From assembly GCA_023334545.1 (NCBI GenBank), contig JAADVB010000159.1, forward strand, positions 1 through 44,243: a stretch of 44,243 nucleotides of DNA, in the 5' to 3' direction. The notes under the pieces are model-generated. The model was not told where the DNA came from. It searched no databases and saw only the letters and a program-made list of their open reading frames with translations. Numbering within the stretch: the first letter of the stretch is position 1; each line of letters begins with the position of its first letter. A program made the translations under genes and the position numbers. The stretch is from Salisapilia sapeloensis CBS 127946 (taxonomy: Eukaryota; Protista; Oomycota). Below, piece by piece: positions 31,833 to 43,309 of the stretch.

Positions 31833-32741
31833 TTATGGTCTATCCTTGGTGGACACGGCTTCCAAATCCTCTAACTCGAAACGGTGGGCTTGCTGGCCAT
31901 ACTGGAACAGGACCTTGACAACTCGGCTGACGGACGGCACGAGAACGTCCGCATCAGAGGCCAGATCTTCCAGGTTGGACGCACCTCCGATGACACCAAT
32001 GGAGAGACCGACGCCAGCGTTTCGGCCGAGACGCATGTCCGTCGACGTGTCACCGACCATGACCGAGTTGTGCGGTTCGACGCCCAATTGATGACACAAG
32101 GTCCACACTTGCTCGGCAGCAGGCTTCGCCGGCAGTCCATCGTCTCCGCAGGAGATAGCATCGACCATCGAGTCTAGCTTGAGATGCTGCAACGTTTCTT
32201 CCGTCGCCTTTCGGTCGTCCGTGGTGCACACGGCGATCTTAATACCCATCTGCTTGACCGTCCGGAATAGGCCTTGGATGTCGCCGATTGGACGGCTCGT
32301 CGTCACTGGGTCCGGCATAACCCAGCACTTCCTAATGACCTCGTTGGCCTCCGCGCTAGAGAGTCCTTCGTCAACCAAGAGTTTTGTGGCGATCTTGTAC
32401 AATTCGCCCATGGGCGTGCAGCAGAGCGCTCCTTGGCTCCGAATGGCACGACGGATCCAGTCATAGCCCATGGCGTCAAAGAGCTTCTCGCGCACAGGCA
32501 GCCCGGTCATCATCTCGACTCGCCAGGCTTGGGACTCGACCCATCCGCCCCACATGAGGTTAAAGTCGATGAGCGTGCCGTCCTTGTCGAAGATGACGAG
32601 CGCCGGGTTGCATCGTCGGATGCTGGATAGGCTTCGAGCCGAAGAAGACAGAGGCGTCGAGGGTGTCTGCTGGGCAGCGAGTGAGAAGGATCGCGACAGG
32701 TGCGAGCTTTTCGTCGATGCGCGCTTGAGAAGAGATAGCAT
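31833..32741 (-). CDS. HAD-superfamily hydrolase (class IA, phosphoglycolate-phosphatase-like) with probable mitochondrial transit peptide, 302 aa
   Basis: Motif I VIFDKDGTL, motif II VCTTD, motif III KP, motif IV MVGDTSTD. N-terminal ~40 aa are Ser/Arg/Leu-rich with no acidic residues. Confidence 0.88.
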   Translation of the reverse strand: MLSLLKRASTKSSHLSRSFSLAAQQTPSTPLSSSARSLSSIRRCNPALVIFDKDGTLIDFNLMWGGWVESQAWRVEMMTGLPVREKLFDAMGYDWIRRAIRSQGALCCTPMGELYKIATKLLVDEGLSSAEANEVIRKCWVMPDPVTTSRPIGDIQGLFRTVKQMGIKIAVCTTDDRKATEETLQHLKLDSMVDAISCGDDGLPAKPAAEQVWTLCHQLGVEPHNSVMVGDTSTDMRLGRNAGVGLSIGVIGGASNLEDLASDADVLVPSVSRVVKVLFQYGQQAHRFELEDLEAVSTKDRP

Positions 32742-35700
32742 GGTAGATGTGCGGGCGAGCGGGCGTTTTAAATTATGAAGTAGTAGGATGGAGCGAAACG
32801 TCGTGTTTCGCAGTCACGTGGCCACTGGTACCTGCACTTTGTATGGAATCTTGGCTGCAAGCGATCCCAGAGGGTTGCGTTGCGAGTATTTATAGGAAGA
32901 AGGTATATAAATTGCAGTCGGCGGCATGATAGAATCTTGGACGCATGCTTATCGCAGCGCAAAAACTTGGTGTTTGCAGTGGGTAACTGTCGAGGTCGCT
33001 AGACTAATCGCGCTTGGATCGTGCAAACGTGGCATTGTAGCCAATCAACGCTGCTGTACTCGATGTACTCTTCCAGCTAGGGTCGATTGGAACACTCTAC
33101 TAAGCGTTTGAAGGGCTTTAGCGGATCATTTGGGAAAGACGATAGCAGTTGGCATACCTCTTATCCACAAAATGTCGCTTTGTATCATAGCAACTAGCCG
33201 ACGACATGTCATGGCCTAGTGGGTGACTTGTACAAGTACGGCAACCCATACCTAGCTTGCCGGTATAGTCTCGTGGATTTCGAGTACATGCGCATAAGTT
33301 CCCTGGGCTATTCCAGGAAATTCACACTAGACATTGCTCATCCTTCTGGTCCATTTTTTCTACCAGCAAATATTTCGTGAGGATTGTAGGAGGAGACTAA
33401 ACCTGCCCCAGGCGAGAGAACAAGCATCCTGTCAAAGCAGGAGGTGTAGCACTCATCTGCGTGTTTCCATCGGAAGTTCTCTGATTACCAAGTGAGTTTC
33501 GAGTGGACATGACTTTTTCGTAGATATTTCCACTCTTGATGGCAAATAATTGATACAATTGGCAAGTATGCCTAGCTCATTCGATTTAGTAATGTCTACC
33601 TACTTGACCATACACTTGGATCGGATCGCTTTCCATGTGCACCTAGAATGGCTTTGTTGAAAAATGAATGACCAAAGTGCTCGTCATCGCTGTCAAAAGA
33701 AAAGAACATGACGAATAATCTTGCGATGTCAACAAATCTTGGGTATAAATGCATAAACAAACGAATAAATGCATAATATTGCTACGACGACCTTGGTAGG
33801 ACAAATTACCACAAGTCCAAAGTTGTGTTTTGCAAGGTCGATACAAGTTTCCGAGACATGCTCGCAGTCAATCTCACGACGGTCTCATCTTTTAGGTAGA
33901 ATATTTGGTGAATCCTCGCACGAATCCGTCAGGACTACCCATCTTAGAGGAAGCCCATCATTTTCAAAACGAGGTATCCATCAGCAACGACGAAGCGCAA
34001 CGTATTCGTAACTTGCGTGGCAAAGGAATCATGCTATGCAAGGTCTTCCATGCGCATGACAAGACTGAAAAGGTATTGGTGCCTTACAAGGCGATGAGCG
34101 AGTTACGTGGCCACGTAGTCGGACGAGCTACGAAGCTGGTGGCGGGAAGCAGTCGTTGCATTTGCGTAGCAGTGGGATCCACGTATGGTCAAAGTGGAGT
34201 AGTCAACAAGCGTAAGCTTGGAAAAGTATACGCTCACCCTCGGTATACATTTTTCGAACGAGAAAAAAGGTACAAAGTATCTTGGTTGTGGAAGGTTTTG
34301 ACTAGATCTTCGATGCCTTGCTCTAGTGCAGAAGCAATGCCCTTTCTGTGGGTTTTGGATTGAAAATCCATGGCGAACTAGGATGAAAGAATATCTAGGG
34401 ATACGAATTGAATGTGATTAAAGAAAAATCCTTTCGAGAATGGTTTTCCAACGGATTATCGAACAGCCAGCTCGCGTACAATCCTGTCGAGAGAAAGAGG
34501 AAGGATTAACCTAGGTAGACCATGTTGGGATGGGAACTTGATTTGACGCGTTTTTTGATCTAAGTCATGATCTGATAAACTGGATGTACTTTGTCCGTTT
34601 ACGAAAGCTTCTTGTTGCATGGACTTTGGATAAAGCATCAGTAGAGTAGTATCTTTCGAACAAATTTCCTTCCTTCCGACTCATACGCTGTGCGCGGAGA
34701 AACAGTACGCTTTAGTCGAAACGTTAGAGAAATTTCGTTCGCATCAGTCATACATGCTTGCTCCATCCATTTCAAGCGTTTGTGCCTTTTCTCTCGACAA
34801 AGTTGATGCTACGAGTACTGCTGCCATGCCTGAGCGAGCATGGGAGCCAGCTGCATGGCTTTGTAAGATAAAATGGGAAGATTTTCTGTGTTGAAACGTG
34901 CGTTTCTTCCAAACATCGTGTAAGAGCGAGATGTAGTGCGCCTTTGTGGGAGTGAATCTGGATGCAACGAGTCGACAGTGGAATTTTACAAGCGCCTCCA
35001 TACATATCGAGTTGGAATTGACCGGCATAACTCATCCAGGTTGTGTCCAGTGTATGTTTGCACTGGGAATTTCATGATGTCATTTCGGACCAAATGGTCG
35101 GATCGTAGCATACCGTAGGAGCTGCAAGAGAGTATAGAAGAGAGCGAGGAAGCTGCACGTGTATTGCAGTTACCTACAAAACGCATCCAATCTTCGTTCC
35201 ATCTACTTATCCAGAAATAGCCTGCCGGGATACACCATGCCCCATCTAGCGTTGTCTCAAGAGTTAATCTTCCGCGTCACCTCTTATGTAAAACGGCTCC
35301 TTACGGTTTCTACGTAGTGTACTTTCCGAATGATACGAGAGGGGCGAAGACTAGATGAAAAACTCTTCTCTGTCGCACGCGAGGTTAAAAATTCCTCGTG
35401 GTTGACTGAACAAATGTGACCAGGTCGTGCATCCTCGTCGACCCTTTTCTCTCCGTATTCGAAGGTGCGAATCGTGGGTACGAGTGCTATGCCCACATGT
35501 CCGATACTTTCCTGTTCGATGGATATTGATCTGGCCAGGCCTGGCTGATTTGACCTGAAGCCAACCAGACGGTGGGGTGGGGATGCACCGAGTGATTGCA
35601 AGCGACGAGCGTTATCAGGGCCTTTCTGCACTTTTAGGCGCATGTTCGATTGGAAGGTGGGTTCAACGCACGACGTGCGAAACCAATTCAAAGGAGACGT

Positions 35701-36103
35701 GGCAGTCATACTGACTGTTGTCCTTTTCATGCATTACTACCCATTGCCAACGACACGCTCGGTCTCTGCCAAGAACAGCCCAACTATCTTCCATAGAACG
35801 AGCCCCGGCATTGCGCCACGAGACCTCCAACTTGATCCGTTTCGAACCCTTTCGGCCAAAGTCCTCGTATCCTCTCTCTCCTCGGCCTCAATCTGTGCAG
35901 AAACTGCATTCGAAGGCGCAAGAAAAAGCCTGGTGCCGAGTTCTGATCTGAAAGTAGCTCTCAAGTACAGGCGGTTTTCCTTGTCGTTCCCTTTCCTTGC
36001 GACAGCGATCCAGAGCCGTTGAAAAAGAGAGCATGACGCCTTCGCCGGTCGTGACTGTCCAACTGTATCTTGCAAAAGGCCAGGGAAAGAAACGAAGGAA
36101 GAA

Positions 36104-36119
36104 GTGTGTGTGTGTGTGT
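36104..36119 (+). repeat. (GT)8 microsatellite
   Basis: gtgtgtgtgtgtgtgt, ~145 nt upstream of the ATG at 36263. Confidence 0.9.
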
Positions 36120-36262
36120 ATGGCGCCAGGTGTAATGGGTAACCTGCCCTTAAAAAAAACAAACGACCTGAGCCAAACGATCGACAGCACATCAATCCAC
36201 CCGCCATGCTCTACTCTTCCTTCATTCTGCGATCTGTCGCCTACCCAGCAAGTCAAACGAAA

Positions 36263-36649
36263 ATGCAGTTACGTTCCTCCAAGCGACCGTCCCTCCCGTC
36301 CTCACCTTCGCTTAAGCGCAAGCGCCCGAGCGACGAAGACGAGCAAAGCGACACCTCGCCCATGTCCCCTACCAACCCAGAGGAAAGTGTCATTTCACCG
36401 ACCATGCACAAGAGCGCCCGCAAAGGCGCACTCGAGGAAAGCGATGCGTTCACCAAGTGGCAATCCGCGATCCGGCGGTCTGCGCTCGACATGGACCAGA
36501 CCTCGGATACGGAATCTGACGGCAAGATCGAGGACGCGGATGCATGCGAGAAAGTCTTGGCAAACTACACGCCTGTGAGTTGGCACGCAACGCCGGCCAC
36601 ACCGCTTTCGCAAGACGAACTGGACATGCTGGAATTTTTCCTCTCGTAA
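36263..36649 (+). CDS. Small disordered protein (128 aa) with basic NLS-like motif and C-terminal acidic amphipathic helix, unknown function
   Basis: GC-rich, coding-like ORF MQLRSSKRPSLPSSPSLKRKRP...PLSQDELDMLEFFLS*, convergent with pantothenate kinase. No recognised domain. Confidence 0.65.
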   Translation: MQLRSSKRPSLPSSPSLKRKRPSDEDEQSDTSPMSPTNPEESVISPTMHKSARKGALEESDAFTKWQSAIRRSALDMDQTSDTESDGKIEDADACEKVLANYTPVSWHATPATPLSQDELDMLEFFLS

Positions 36650-36801
36650 TTCGAATCAAACTAGTATTTATTGCCGTTCTTACTTGCTCGTACTCGTTCG
36701 CCTTCCTCCATCAGTTTCTCCATGCGCTTGAAGTTGCGAATCTTGAAAAGACACATCTGATAATACTGAACAAGACGAGCGGAACGGGTACATTTGCGAC
36801 A

Positions 36802-38268
36802 TTACTTGCCCGTCTCTTGCTTGCTCTTCTGCTTGCGCTTGCTCTCGTACTGCTCGAGGAACGACCCGAGGGCGCCGAAGAAGCCTTCATGTCGAAAGAA
36901 CTGCGCCTGCATCTTGGAATCGGACCAAAAGTGGATCGCGTGCGAAAGCTGGCGGGCCGCTACCTCGTTCTTGCGTAGAAAGTTGCCGCAAAAGTAGATT
37001 CTCGACGTTTCAAATCGCCGAGCATTCAAGTAAGCCACTTGGCCTAGATTCTGTGTAATCATGAAGAGAAGTGCTCGAGCCTTATCGCTGTCACTGCTGT
37101 AACTGTGGGGCTGGGCGCCAGCCTTGCCAAAGCTGCTGGCGACCGTCGTTGGCTTCAAGTGAAACTGCTTCTTGCCAGGATACGCTCGATTCGTACCGTA
37201 GATATCGCCCACCGACATGTCGACCTCGGTCGAGTCGCCGTCGATGGCGGCATCCATGGCCTCGTCAAACGAGTGCAGATGAGACAGGCTGCGGCAGAGT
37301 CCCCAGAACGTGCCACCTCCAAGACTCGTCCCAGACACCCGCTTGTAGTCACTTGGCGAAGATACTTTCAGGATACTGACGCCAGAGCCGATGTTGACGA
37401 GAAGGAATGGGTAGAGAGTATCCTGGTCGATCGGCATCGTCTGGTACGTGGCGGTACCGAGGCCACTTGTACCCAGCTCCACATCCTGGATTGGTAGATT
37501 AGAAAAATGATCCGTTCGGGTCAAGAGAGGATGCGTACCGTGTACGTGTAGCATTCATCGGGAGCGTATTGGAGGACAAAGTTGAGACCCTTGATGAGTG
37601 CATCCATCTCATCTTTTTTTTCGATCGAAATGCCAAGTTTCTCATCGAACAGGCGGGCAAACTGCAGCGTTGTCGTAAGTGGGAAACACTGTCGTGCATA
37701 TGTGAGCAGGGAAAGATACCTTGAAGGCGCCTCCGCCGGTGCAAGCGAGGCTTTTTATGTAGCGATGGAAATAGTGATCTCGCGCGTGGTTTGTGAGAAC
37801 TTCCATTTTGGCGGTTTGGAAACTAGGAATAGAAACTAGGTAGAACGTTTGGGTTACAAGGGATAGTTCGTAAGGAAAATACCTGCAAAAATGCAAAGTG
37901 CCTCCGTAATGAGGCACGTAGAGCGTCAGCTGATCGTCTCGTACGGCGCTCCGGTCGCCCTTCTCGTTGCCGACGCTCGAAGGCAAGATACGCAGTAGAA
38001 AGTCTTGGATGTGTGTGAGGCACCCCTGCTGATGCGGATGACTAGCATCCTGCAAGTGCGTCGCCATGGACCCGACGTCCGGCTGGAAGTAGACGAGTTT
38101 GGCGAGCGTGCCGCCAATATCGATGCCGAAGAACCGTCCAAAGTCATGGCTCTTGGACGACAGGATGTGGGCGTGGAAGCGATGTAGCTGTCGCTTGCGC
38201 GCGAGGAGCAGTCCTAGCAGACAAGTAGCGCCAAAGACAAAGCCTCTCGTCCACATCTGGTTGTCCAT
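36802..38268 (-). CDS. PANK: Type II (eukaryotic) pantothenate kinase, 4 exons
   Basis: Exons 38268-37883, 37822-37720, 37661-37539, 37485-36802. Motifs FGIDIGGTLAKLVYF, ACTGGGAFK, KDEMDALIKG, YPFLLVNIGSGVS, SGTSLGGGTFWGL, DMSVGDIYG, HEGFFGALG. Confidence 0.93.
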
Positions 38269-38346
38269 GTCGTAAGAAAAGAATTTCGAAATGCAAAAAG
38301 ATTTTCCCATGATTTTGTCTTTTTTCCTTTTCATCTACAAACAAAT

Positions 38347-40636
38347 CTACTCCCGAGCCTCTTCGCTGTCTTCGTCCGACAGCACCACGTCGAGCTCCGT
38401 GCCGCCGAGGGACCCGCCATTCGTACTTAGTCGCAGCATCTGGTCCTCCATGCCTCCTTCGACGTCCTCCTCGTCGACCTTCATCTGTCCCACTTCACTT
38501 GTGTTGTCGAGACTGCCCACCCGGTCTCGCTCCTCCTCCTCCTCACCATTGTCGTACCCCATATTGTAGTACACGAGGTACGTCTCCTGTGCCTTTTGCT
38601 GGATGAGCGCATTCCAATGGCCTTTCCGAGCTTCGTTTAAAAACGGCTTGAGACCGTTGAACATGGTCTGTCCGAGAATCTCGTACTCGTTCATAATGCG
38701 CAGACACGCCGCGCTGTTCCAGACCGCCAGCGCGCGCTCGCTAACCTGGAACTGGTCGCTCACGACGCACTTGCCCAGCCGACGCGACAGTCGAACTCCC
38801 AACCCGTCAAAGTCCGACTCGGACAGGACGTGCTCCAGCAGCTCTTCCAGCTCCACGAGGAAGATAACTTCCTTGAAGGACGACCCGACCGGCCAGTACT
38901 TGAGCAGACCCTTGGCCACAGCGTTAAAGAGCGCATGGTCCTTGCCGACGTACTGGATCATGCAGTAGGCCAGTTGCTGGTGGTAGCTGACAAAGGCCGG
39001 GACGCTATGCAGCGGGATGAGCGCCTTGGTCAGCAGCGTAATGTGCTCCTGCTTGATGGGGCAGGCAAACCCGTTGACAATGCTGCCGAGGATCTCTAGC
39101 AGCTCTGCGACGCCATAGTGCGGACTGTTCTCGTAAATGTACGCGTAGAAGGTGTTGGCAATCTCCCGTCGGATGGCCGATCTCCGTTGCGTCAGTTTGT
39201 AGTAGAGTCGATGGAGGACGCCCTTGAGCACCTGTCGCTCTCGGAACGACGGCGTCTGGAAGAGATCCACCAGCTGCGCAATGAACCGAGTGCTGTAGAA
39301 CTGTTTCCGAACGGGCTTCTCGAGCTTATCAATGTGTTCAATAGCTCGGAGCAACAGGTCGTAGCACGCGGATAGGAGGCCCCAGTGCTGTTCGTCTAAA
39401 GTGTAGTCGGACGACGTGTCCAACGGATTCGAAAGGTCTTCGTTGTTCGGACCGAGCGTAGAGTTCATGGCCCCTAGTTCGTCCGGCGTCGGCTCCTCGA
39501 CGTAGATGTTGCCTGGAGAAGACGACCGGACAAAGTTAAACGGACGAAAGATGTAGCAACCGACGACATGCAACAGTTCCATGTACAACTGGGGGTCCTG
39601 CAGCACCGACGGCGTAGACTCGCAGTATGTGTTTAGCTCCGACAGGACAGTCAGTCGCTTTTCATCCAGTTCGAATTTATCTGTTCGAGCGAGAGACTTG
39701 TCGGACGCTCGCGGGAGCGTAAAGGCTAGTTTCTTCCTAAAGTAAAGCGGACGGAGATATGGAAGCGTTTCTTCTAGAGATGGCGTGGCAAATAGAGCTT
39801 CGAGCGTCTCAGATGTCTCGAGCTCCCGACGATCGGGCGTTGTCGGAACACTTGCAGACGTGAGAGCACTCATCCAGTCGCTCAGTGCCGCCTCAGACTT
39901 GGCCATGAGATATATCGGTCGGTAGCCCTGTCGCATTTTGTTATTAGCATCGTAGTGGTTGTAAGATAGTAGATACAAATAGTACGTGATGAAGCAGCTC
40001 AAAGCAGTTCTGGCGTTTGAACCGTGCTGCGTCGATGGGGGTGATCTGGACGTTGAGCAGCGGGATGACTCCTCTCGGATAGCTGTCCTCTCCACTCTAT
40101 ATTATCCAACTGTTAGATCCTGTTATAACCTAGGTCCAGAGACGAGCATGTACGCTTCCAGAGACGTAGTAGAAGAGGGAGTGTCCTTTTAAGACCATCA
40201 GACGCTTCTTCCATGTCTTTAAGTGGTTTCCCTGTTTCACGAGGACGCCGGATTTGGACGTCGGAGCCTGAAAGTCCTCGAGGTAGTTGTGCCAGTCGCC
40301 GTCGTGTGTAGCTGGAGTGGAATTGGGGGCGAACGGGATCATGAGCGACGGTCGTCGCGATAGAATGCCAGCTAGCGGAGCAGACAAATCAGATGAGGCC
40401 GTCGAGGTGGATAATAAGGAGGATATACATTGATTGGGGTCTTCTGAAGGGGAGCTCTTTTCCTTCGAGAACGGGAGGTGGCCGCTGAAGCTGTTGTTCT
40501 TACTATGCGGGGCCTCCGTGCTGCTGCTCGTGGGCGTCGAGACGGTCGGGCCGTTCTTGAGGCCCTTGTCGACGGACAAGTGTCTCTGCAGCGATCGAAA
40601 GAAGCCCTTCTCATTGCCACTCTTGTGCTTGTCCAT
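38347..40636 (-). CDS. PH domain fused to PP2A regulatory subunit B' (B56/PR61 family), 3 exons
   Basis: Exon 1 from ATG 40636 (donor at 40165 or 40153), exon 2 40096-39986, exon 3 39927-38347. Splicing builds a complete PH domain (KSGVLVKQGNHLKTWKKRLMVL...LFYY...PRGVIPL...CFELLHH|GYRPIYLMAKSEAALSDWMSAL). B56 motifs RERQVLKGVLHRLYYK, GVAELLEILGSIVNGFA, YHQQLAYC, LLKYWP, FQVSERAL. Confidence 0.9.
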
Positions 40637-43309
40637 GACTGAGGAGCACGTAGAGGAGGAGGGAAGGCAGATAAAGAGAGCGGAGGCCGTACGAAGCGGC
40701 TGACGGTATGGTACTGCTGGACCTTTGTAAGGTTTCGGTCGTACTTTCGTGTCGGCTTCTTCGAGTACCGACGCAGTATAGCCAGATCGAGTGAGTGACA
40801 AATCCGGGCCTTTTCACGTAACACTTTTGGCGAGACTTTTGCCCAATCACAGGCGAGGATCGGGGTGGACCTGGTGAGTAACTTGGCTTCTGGTGCGAGC
40901 AACCAAGCCTTCGTTGGCGACGGAGGTCGAGTTGTGATTGACAAGTAGACGGAGGCTGGTCTTGATGACTAGATCCTACTCGACTAGTCGAACGAGCTAC
41001 ACTGGACGAGACGTGCGATGCCAACGAGTCGGTGGCAAAATCCCGAAATGAAACTGGCGTTTTCCACATAGATTTTTCAAGTTCGAACGAGTCAGACCGT
41101 TCGAAATACTTTCGACGGAGCTTTGATGGTCGCATGCACATCCGCGCATCCGGCGTCCCGCAGCATCTTCCAGTAAAGTTGTCGAGGACGGGATTACCTC
41201 TCAGGGTAGGTGAGGTCAGCCACCCTGTACCAAGATACTCGTCCTACTAGTGTACCCATACCTCGGATGCCGATTCATCGATTCGCACCTAAACGGAGGA
41301 AATGAGCAGGATCGCTTGGCGACGATCCGTCAAATACGAAAAGCTAGTGTCATCGAAAGTGGCACGGATATGCTCGCATACGTTGCGCGATGCGATAAGT
41401 CGTTTCATCCTTCGTGACACATTTCACAACGCTGTTTACAGAATCACCAATCGATCCGGATAGCCAGTATCGGTCTGCTCCAGATTGTCTTTGAAAACGT
41501 GAACAGAATGTGTACCAATTAATGCAGGCAGTGACAGCATGGCTGTGAGACGAAACCATATGCGTACTAGTACTAATAAGCTGAATATTACACGAGCATA
41601 AACTTAGGTTTGTCTCCACGGCAATGCATGCCCAGTACTTTCGTATCAGCTTCATAAATATTCGATTTGCAATGCACATCTTCATCGGCGATTGTCTGGA
41701 TCTATCCTGACCGAATTAAACCCTTAATTCTAATGTTCCTTTCGTCCTTGCTCATGACTAGGCTTTAAACATGGATATCCACGTTGACTGCTTAGTAACT
41801 GAAAGGCTTTTTTGTCGCTCCACGAAAATTTCATGTACTAGATCGTTTCACTGTACCTGTCAACTGCTTGTGAAGAGATATCTTTTACCAGCTTAGAGTG
41901 CCATGTTTCAATGAGCTTACAGCAGCTTGTTCGTCAGCATGTAATGCTTGGTTATACATGCTACTACAGGACATGCAGTCACGGTGATCCGAGGCGACTG
42001 TCGTGAGATTAAGAGGCAACATCGATGCACAAAGCGGCACGGACATCCTGCGCAACGTAATGTCACTTTGACGAACATCTACGAGTCATGTTGATGCTCT
42101 CTTTGGAATTTCTGATCAGCGTTTTCACTACACGACAAATTATTTTCATCGGATCTACAAAGAAGCAATCGGTATTCAAAAAGCTGCATAATTTTTCCAG
42201 ATCAAATTTCTTTTCTGTTTAGTCTTTGATATGGCTATCGGGAGTATTAATGCGTTTGACGAGATAGCTTTGCTATCTTTGTCCAAATACCCTCTTGCCT
42301 GTTCGATACATTTCCCTGCTATTGGTCTCTCAGTCAAGGTAAAGCAATGGTCCGTAGAAACGTAGGATTGATTTTACGTGAGCTATGCAGAAACCATAAA
42401 CGGTCCACTTTGCTATCCACTGCGAAAGCATGCTCCTCCAATATGCAGAAACCCTGTTGATGTTGTCCATCATCCACATCAAATGTATATTGTGAAGTAA
42501 AAAGGTATACAGTCTGGTGTTCAAGCACGGTGTAGGACAATAATGGTGCTCGCAGCGCCGCATGCACACAAATCCTTACTTTATTTCTTGTCTATACTAT
42601 TTTAGTCCTACCTTTATCGACAATGTGTCGTGTCTGGACTACCATTCATATCTGCTATGTTGAACTCTACTCAAAACGTTAAAGGTCAGTCTGTTGGATG
42701 GCAACATTGAAGCAAGACGATTAAGCATGAAGAAGTATTCTTATGAGCGCTTAAGAAATAGAAATGTGCCCAATAGCGCTTGGGTCGATTCATTAAAAGC
42801 TATACACTTGTTCCAAGCTTCGGATGACTGTTTTTCTGACGAAAATGTTGAATCGTCGTTCAGCTTAGCTACGGCTTTGCTAACCTTCAGCTAGAAAATT
42901 ATGAAGTTGCACGAGCTGAAGGTCTTGGGAAGTAAAAATACATTAAACAGACCACATTCGATAGGTATTCAGCTTTCACAGGTGTGCCGATCTGGGCTCT
43001 GACTTTAATATATACACTCAGTCATACCACCCTTGTACCCTAAAGACGTCCAGTAAACGCAGCCTATACGCCTCTCATGCACGCAAAGATACATATAATA
43101 TTATTTTCGACCACGCATAGGTCAATGCAGTATATGGCGTAAATATCAAATCAAGATCATCGTTCTTTTCAGCGCGAATAATATTTTACGTAAATCCACT
43201 ATCGTCGCGGAGCTCCATTCTTGCTGAGTTCTTGAATGTACACATAGTCACTTCCGGTCCACTTCAGACAAGAAGTAATATCCACACGCCTCAAATAAGC
43301 CAGAGGAAG

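Noticed and set aside
33000-36000. 3-kb gene-poor stretch with short ORFs (e.g. 33905-34363, 35284-35730), possible decayed transposon
   Set aside because: No transposase, RT or integrase motif, terminal repeats or target-site duplication could be recognised, and the ORFs have no coherent splice structure.
40637-41141. Upstream ORFs (40611-41141, 40372-40944) and a 54-nt GTACGG...CCTCAG intron candidate before the PH-B56 ATG, suggesting a longer N-terminus
   Set aside because: The candidate splice does not link any ATG-initiated upstream frame in-frame to MDKHK; most likely a 5'-UTR intron. Needs cDNA.
30866-43264. Identical 15-mer ACTTCCGGTCCACTT at 30866-30880 and 43250-43264, both in non-coding DNA
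   Set aside because: About one such 15-mer match is expected by chance in 44 kb, the flanks do not extend, and there is no third full copy.
41150-43300. AT-richer 2-kb intergenic region with short ORFs (41350-41685, 42330-42569)
   Set aside because: Cys/Trp-rich translations typical of non-coding DNA; no repeats or RNA-gene structure seen.
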